The position numbers and the translations under genes were made by a program. A stretch of 64,000 nt of DNA from an uncultured delta proteobacterium (GTDB lineage Bacteria; Myxococcota_A; Polyangia; Fen-1088), in NCBI GenBank assembly GCA_963767925.1, contig CAVYGB010000010.1, forward strand, positions 1,248,001-1,312,000, written 5' to 3'. This document shows, in pieces, positions 60,467 through 64,000 of the stretch. A model generated the notes under the pieces. That model did not search any database and was not told the origin of the DNA. It saw only the letters and a list, made by a program, of their open reading frames with translations. Within the stretch, counting starts at the first letter, position 1, and each line of letters begins with the position of its first letter.

Positions 60467-60656
60467 TGTTAGCTCGCAGGTAGTTTCGTAGATCCTTCAG
60501 CGCCGGCCCGAAGGTGATCCACCCCCCGGCGAGATCGTGAGCCACCCGGGGTGGCGGGCGCCGTAGGGACGGCGGCGGGATCGTGATCCACCCCGGCCGA
60601 AGAGGGAGACCGGGACGGGACGCGGCAGGGAGACGGTAGTAGTGGTGGCGCCTGCG

Positions 60657-61094
60657 ATGAAGCAGGGAGCCCCGCGGAAGAGGTGCACGGAGTGCCGGCA
60701 GTGGTACACGCCGTGTGTACGGTCGGCCGATCGGCAGCGGACGTGCGGCGGGGGCGCGTGCCGGGCGCGGCGGCGACGCCGACTCGGACGGCAACGGCGG
60801 TGGCAGGACGTGCAGAGCGCGCGGGTGGCCGAGCGCGAGCGACAGCGACGGTGGCGGGCCGAGCGCCGCGCGGGAGCGAGGGAGAAGGAGGGGCCCCCGC
60901 GGCCATCTGAGGCCACCTGTCACGCGCCGGCTTCGGCCTCCATCAGCGCGGATTTACGGGAGAAAGTGCGCCAATCCGTGGACATGGCGTTCGACTTGTC
61001 ACGCGCCGCCTTCCTGCGCCTGGTGCCCAAAATTCTCGGGGATTTCATGCGATCCGCGGGGAAATCTGGGACAAAAAGTGGGCCGGGAGCGTGA
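60657..61094 (+). CDS. Cys-rich, Arg-rich hypothetical protein (putative Zn-binding)
   Basis: RCTECRQWY...RQRTCGGGACRARRRRR. Confidence 0.65.
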   Translation: MKQGAPRKRCTECRQWYTPCVRSADRQRTCGGGACRARRRRRLGRQRRWQDVQSARVAERERQRRWRAERRAGAREKEGPPRPSEATCHAPASASISADLREKVRQSVDMAFDLSRAAFLRLVPKILGDFMRSAGKSGTKSGPGA

Positions 61095-61181
61095 CTGTCA
61101 CGCGCCGGCTTTTCGTCGTATGCCCGCGGGACCATTGAGGATTCACCCGCGATCCTGGACAGGCTGTCACGCTCCGACCTT
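60918..61181 (+). repeat. Four direct repeats TGTCACGCGCCG(G/C)CTT
   Basis: Copies at 60918, 60997, 61096 and 61165 (last one degenerate). Confidence 0.85.
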
Positions 61182-61215
61182 CGCCAACGCGGTCGTGACG
61201 TGGTTTGTGGAGGCC

Positions 61216-62169
61216 ATGGCAGCCGTCGTGGCCCCCGAAGAGCGCGCGGTCGCCCTCACCGCGCTCGGCGAGACCCACGGGCGCTTGCGCCTGCTGGACG
61301 CGGGGGCTGTCCGCCAGATGCGCGAGTCGCTCGAGCGCCACGGACAGCTGATGGCGGTCGCCGCGTACCGCCCCGGCGATGGCGGTGGCGGCCCCCTCGA
61401 GGTCGTGGACGGCTTCAAGCGGGTGCATGCCGCTCGTGGGCTCGGCTGGGGGGAGCTGCGGGTCCGCGTGCTGCCGGTGGACGCGGTGGAGGCGAAGGTG
61501 GCGATGGGGGTGCTCAATCACGGGCGCGGGCTGTCCGAGCTCGAGGAGGCGTGGCTGGTGCGCGCGCTCCACCGTGAGGACGCGCTGACGCAGCCCCAGA
61601 TCGGGCGGCTGCTGGGACGGCACAAGAGCTGGGTGAGCCGGCGGTTGCTGCTGGCCGAGGGGCTAGACGAGGCGGTGCAGGCGGACGTCCGGCTGGGTCT
61701 CGTCGCCGCGAGCACGGCGACGGCGGTGGCGCGGTTGCCCCGGTGCAACCAGCTCGCGGCGGCGGAGGCGGTGATGCGCCGGGGGCTCACCAGGCACCAG
61801 ACCGAGCGCCTCATCACCGAGGTGCTGGCGCGGCCAGCGGCCGAGCGCGAGCTGGCCCTGTGCGAATCCGCCGAGCGCTTCCCCCTGCTCGGCGATGGCC
61901 CGGCGACCGGCAGACGTCACGGCAGCGAGCGGACGCCCGCGCAGTCGTTGATGGCGGACATCGGGACCCTGGCGCGGATCGCGGCCCGCGTGCAGGCGCG
62001 GCTATGGGAGCGTCCGCTGTCGGCGCTGGGCGAGCCGGCCGCGCGCCTGGTCGCCGATGGGCTCGCGGGGCTCGATCCGGTGCTCACCGCGCTCAGCCGG
62101 ACGATCGCGCGCGCCGTGACCGCAGACCCACGGGCCCAGGGACATGTGGAAGACGCGCCCCGAGCTTGA
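61216..62169 (+). CDS. ParB/Srx N-terminal domain + HTH protein
   Basis: SLERHGQLM, EVVDGFKRVHAA, LSELEEAW, LTQPQIGRLLGRHKSWVSRRL. Confidence 0.85.
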   Translation: MAAVVAPEERAVALTALGETHGRLRLLDAGAVRQMRESLERHGQLMAVAAYRPGDGGGGPLEVVDGFKRVHAARGLGWGELRVRVLPVDAVEAKVAMGVLNHGRGLSELEEAWLVRALHREDALTQPQIGRLLGRHKSWVSRRLLLAEGLDEAVQADVRLGLVAASTATAVARLPRCNQLAAAEAVMRRGLTRHQTERLITEVLARPAAERELALCESAERFPLLGDGPATGRRHGSERTPAQSLMADIGTLARIAARVQARLWERPLSALGEPAARLVADGLAGLDPVLTALSRTIARAVTADPRAQGHVEDAPRA

Positions 62170-62525
62170 GCACCAGGTGGTGACCCTGGCGGGCCAAGGG
62201 CTCGCGCGCCGAGCGATCGCCCGCGCGATGGGCGTCAGCCGCAACACCGTGCGGAAGATCCTGGAGGCGCACGTCGAGTCCCGGCAGGCGCCACAAGCGG
62301 CGCTCACGCCTGCGCCCGCGCGGGTCCCGCGCGCGCAGAAGCTCGACGACTTTCGCGACAAGGTCACGGATCTGCTGACCCGGTTTCCCGACATTACGGC
62401 GCAGAGGATCTTCGAAGAGCTGCGCGTGGCGGGTTACGACGGCGGCTACACGCAGATCAAGGTGCACGTCGGGCGAGTGCGACCACTGCCGCCGCCGACG
62501 CCGAGCCTGTCGACGCCGATCTACG
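62144..62525 (+). pseudogene. istA: IS21 IstA N-terminus, truncated by IS66
   Basis: RAIARAMGVSRNTVRKIL, KLDDFRD, TAQRIFEELRVAGYDGGYT. Confidence 0.82.
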
Positions 62526-62585
62526 GTACCCGGTGCACGGACCCCGTTCTACTCAAGTTGAGCGGTGCCCGGCATCCTGGATGCC

Positions 62586-62966
62586 ATGGCGACAGCAACC
62601 GAATGGGCAGCGCGGATAGAGGCATGGCGGGCGAGCGGCCAGAAGTCCGAAGACTTCTGCGCAGGGAAGGAATTTTCTGCAGGACTTCTTCGGCACTGGG
62701 GGTGGCGGCTTGGCAAGACACGTCGGCGTCCGGCTAGCCGTGCGCCGAAGAAGGTGGCGGCAACCCGGATGCGCCTTCTGCGAGTAGTGCGAGTCCCGAA
62801 GCGGGCTTCCTCTGGCGCAGGCAGCCGGACGACGCTGACGCCAGCGCCGCTGCAGGTCGAGGTTGGTGGTGCGCGGATCGTTGTGCCGGCTGGATTCGAC
62901 GAGTCGATGCTGGCGGCGGTTCTGGAGATTCTGGAACAGCGGGCGACACGCGGAGTGGGGCGATGA
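62586..62966 (+). CDS. tnpA: IS66 TnpA
   Basis: WAARIEAWRASGQ...FC, VGGARIVVPAGFD. Confidence 0.85.
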   Translation: MATATEWAARIEAWRASGQKSEDFCAGKEFSAGLLRHWGWRLGKTRRRPASRAPKKVAATRMRLLRVVRVPKRASSGAGSRTTLTPAPLQVEVGGARIVVPAGFDESMLAAVLEILEQRATRGVGR

Positions 62967-63313
62967 TCCCACACGGCGTGGAGGTGTTCATCGGGCTGGA
63001 GCCCATCGACCTGAGGTGGAGCTTCGATCGGCTGGCAGGCATCGTCGAGGAGCGAATCGGCCGCGAGGCGCGCTCGGGCGCGCTCTTCATCTTCTTCGGG
63101 AAGCATCGCACGGCCGTCAAGGTGTTTTTCTTCGACGGCTCAGGGATGTGCGTTTTCTATAAACGTCTCGACGTCGGGGTCTTCAAGCTGCCCGCGCCGC
63201 TCGACGAACGTGCCACCAGCGTGGCCATCGACGAGCGCGCCCTCGAGGCACTGCTCGACGGCATCGACGTCGAGGCCGCTAAATCGAAGCGTCGGCGGGC
63301 GAGCGTTCATTGA
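62963..63313 (+). CDS. tnpB: IS66 TnpB accessory protein
   Basis: EPIDLRWSFDRL, LFIFFGK, FDGSG, YKRLD. Confidence 0.93.
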   Translation: MIPHGVEVFIGLEPIDLRWSFDRLAGIVEERIGREARSGALFIFFGKHRTAVKVFFFDGSGMCVFYKRLDVGVFKLPAPLDERATSVAIDERALEALLDGIDVEAAKSKRRRASVH

Positions 63314-63365
63314 TCATCATGAATCAACGAAACCATCGGCCCGCGAGTATCAATTCAGAGACTGA

Positions 63366-64000
63366 ATGGCCGGCGCGGATTTCTCGACGAGCACGCCCCC
63401 CACCGACGCTGCCGCGCGGATCGCGCGGCTCGAATCTGCGCTCGCCGACAGGGACGCCCGGATCGCCGATCTGGTCCGCGAGCGCGACGAGCTGCGCGCT
63501 GCCTACGATCGCTTGTGGCTCGACGTCGAGCTCATGCGCCGGCGGATCTTCATCGCCAAGGCCGAGCGGGTCGACACCAAGCAGCTTGAGCTCGAGTTCA
63601 AGGATAAGCTCGCCGAACTCGACAAGCTTGCCGGCACCATCGGCATTGGAGCCAACGGCAACGGCGCCGACGGCAAGACCGCTTCCCGGCCCCGACCCAA
63701 GGGTCGCCGAGATCTGCGCCGAATCAAGATGCTCGAGGAGCACATCGAGATTCCCAACCCCGAGATGGACGCGCTCGTCGCCCAGGGCAAGGCCGAGCGG
63801 CTGGGCGCCTCCGAGGAGTCGAGCAAGATCGTGTGGCAGCGTGGCGGCCCACGCCGGCTCGTCGTCTCTCGGGTAAAGTACCGCCGGCCCGACGCCGCCG
63901 ACCCAGCGCCCGAGAAGACCATGATCATCACCGCGCCGATGCCGCCAGAGATGTTTCCGCGCTCGATCGCCACCGTCTCGTTGGTCGCGCACATCGTTGT
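63366..64000 (+). CDS. tnpC: IS66 TnpC transposase, N-terminal part
   Basis: Manually translated MAGADFSTS...RERDELRAAYDRL...RRRIFIAKAERVDTKQLELEF; coiled-coil N-terminus. Confidence 0.85.
   Translation, partial: MAGADFSTSTPPTDAAARIARLESALADRDARIADLVRERDELRAAYDRLWLDVELMRRRIFIAKAERVDTKQLELEFKDKLAELDKLAGTIGIGANGNGADGKTASRPRPKGRRDLRRIKMLEEHIEIPNPEMDALVAQGKAERLGASEESSKIVWQRGGPRRLVVSRVKYRRPDAADPAPEKTMIITAPMPPEMFPRSIATVSLVAHIV

Larger units (their letters stand above)
60467..62525 (+). mobile_element. IS21-like element with accessory Cys-rich ORF and ParB-like gene, interrupted by IS66
   Basis: TGT terminus, three GTGATCCACCC-like boxes, then orf-parB-istA. Confidence 0.78.
62526..64000 (+). mobile_element. 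IS66-family element (runs off window)
   Basis: End GTACCCGGTGCACGGACC resembles the 49172 end; tnpA-tnpB-tnpC order. Confidence 0.9.

Noticed and set aside
62963..63313. TnpB as an RNA-guided nuclease
   Set aside because: This is the 116-aa IS66 accessory TnpB, unrelated to IS200/IS605 TnpB; no RuvC motifs

Overview
Very GC-rich bacterial DNA, most likely Myxococcota (Cys-rich secreted lipoproteins, a MYXO-CTERM-like tail, a Ser/Thr kinase and an ECF fusion; inference). 1-49 kb is chromosomal backbone: tamA/tamB-like pair, roadblock-type genes, greB, CPA2 antiporter, smpB, a truncated dcw block (murC-ftsQ-ftsA-ftsZ), CLC channel, a GNAT/epimerase/DHDPS-like operon, a small lipoprotein paired with a ferritin-like gene, K+ channel, a REP-associated (Y1/HUH) transposase, a repeat-laden ECF sigma fusion operon, kinase, glycoside hydrolases, ArsR/SRPBCC, SNF2 helicase and an adenylate kinase-like gene. 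This part is rich in hairpin (REP-like) elements and tandem arrays. Several genes, including essential ftsA, carry single-base frameshifts that are probably sequencing errors. 49.2-64 kb is a nested mobile-element pile: a deleted IS66, a DDE transposase split by a RIT (three tyrosine recombinases, ~84-bp TIRs) whose middle gene is itself split by a 431-bp MITE, an IS21, an IS630 stub, an ExeA-like ATPase transposon end matching the MITE, an IS21-like element carrying a ParB-like gene with four 16-bp repeats, and a second IS66. Best novelty candidates are the ParB/IS21 module, the MITE/ExeA transposon family, the RIT end architecture, the ferritin-like/small-protein pair and the RAYT-associated repeat landscape. 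No rRNA, tRNA or CRISPR array was recognised. All family calls are from motif recognition by eye, not database searches.
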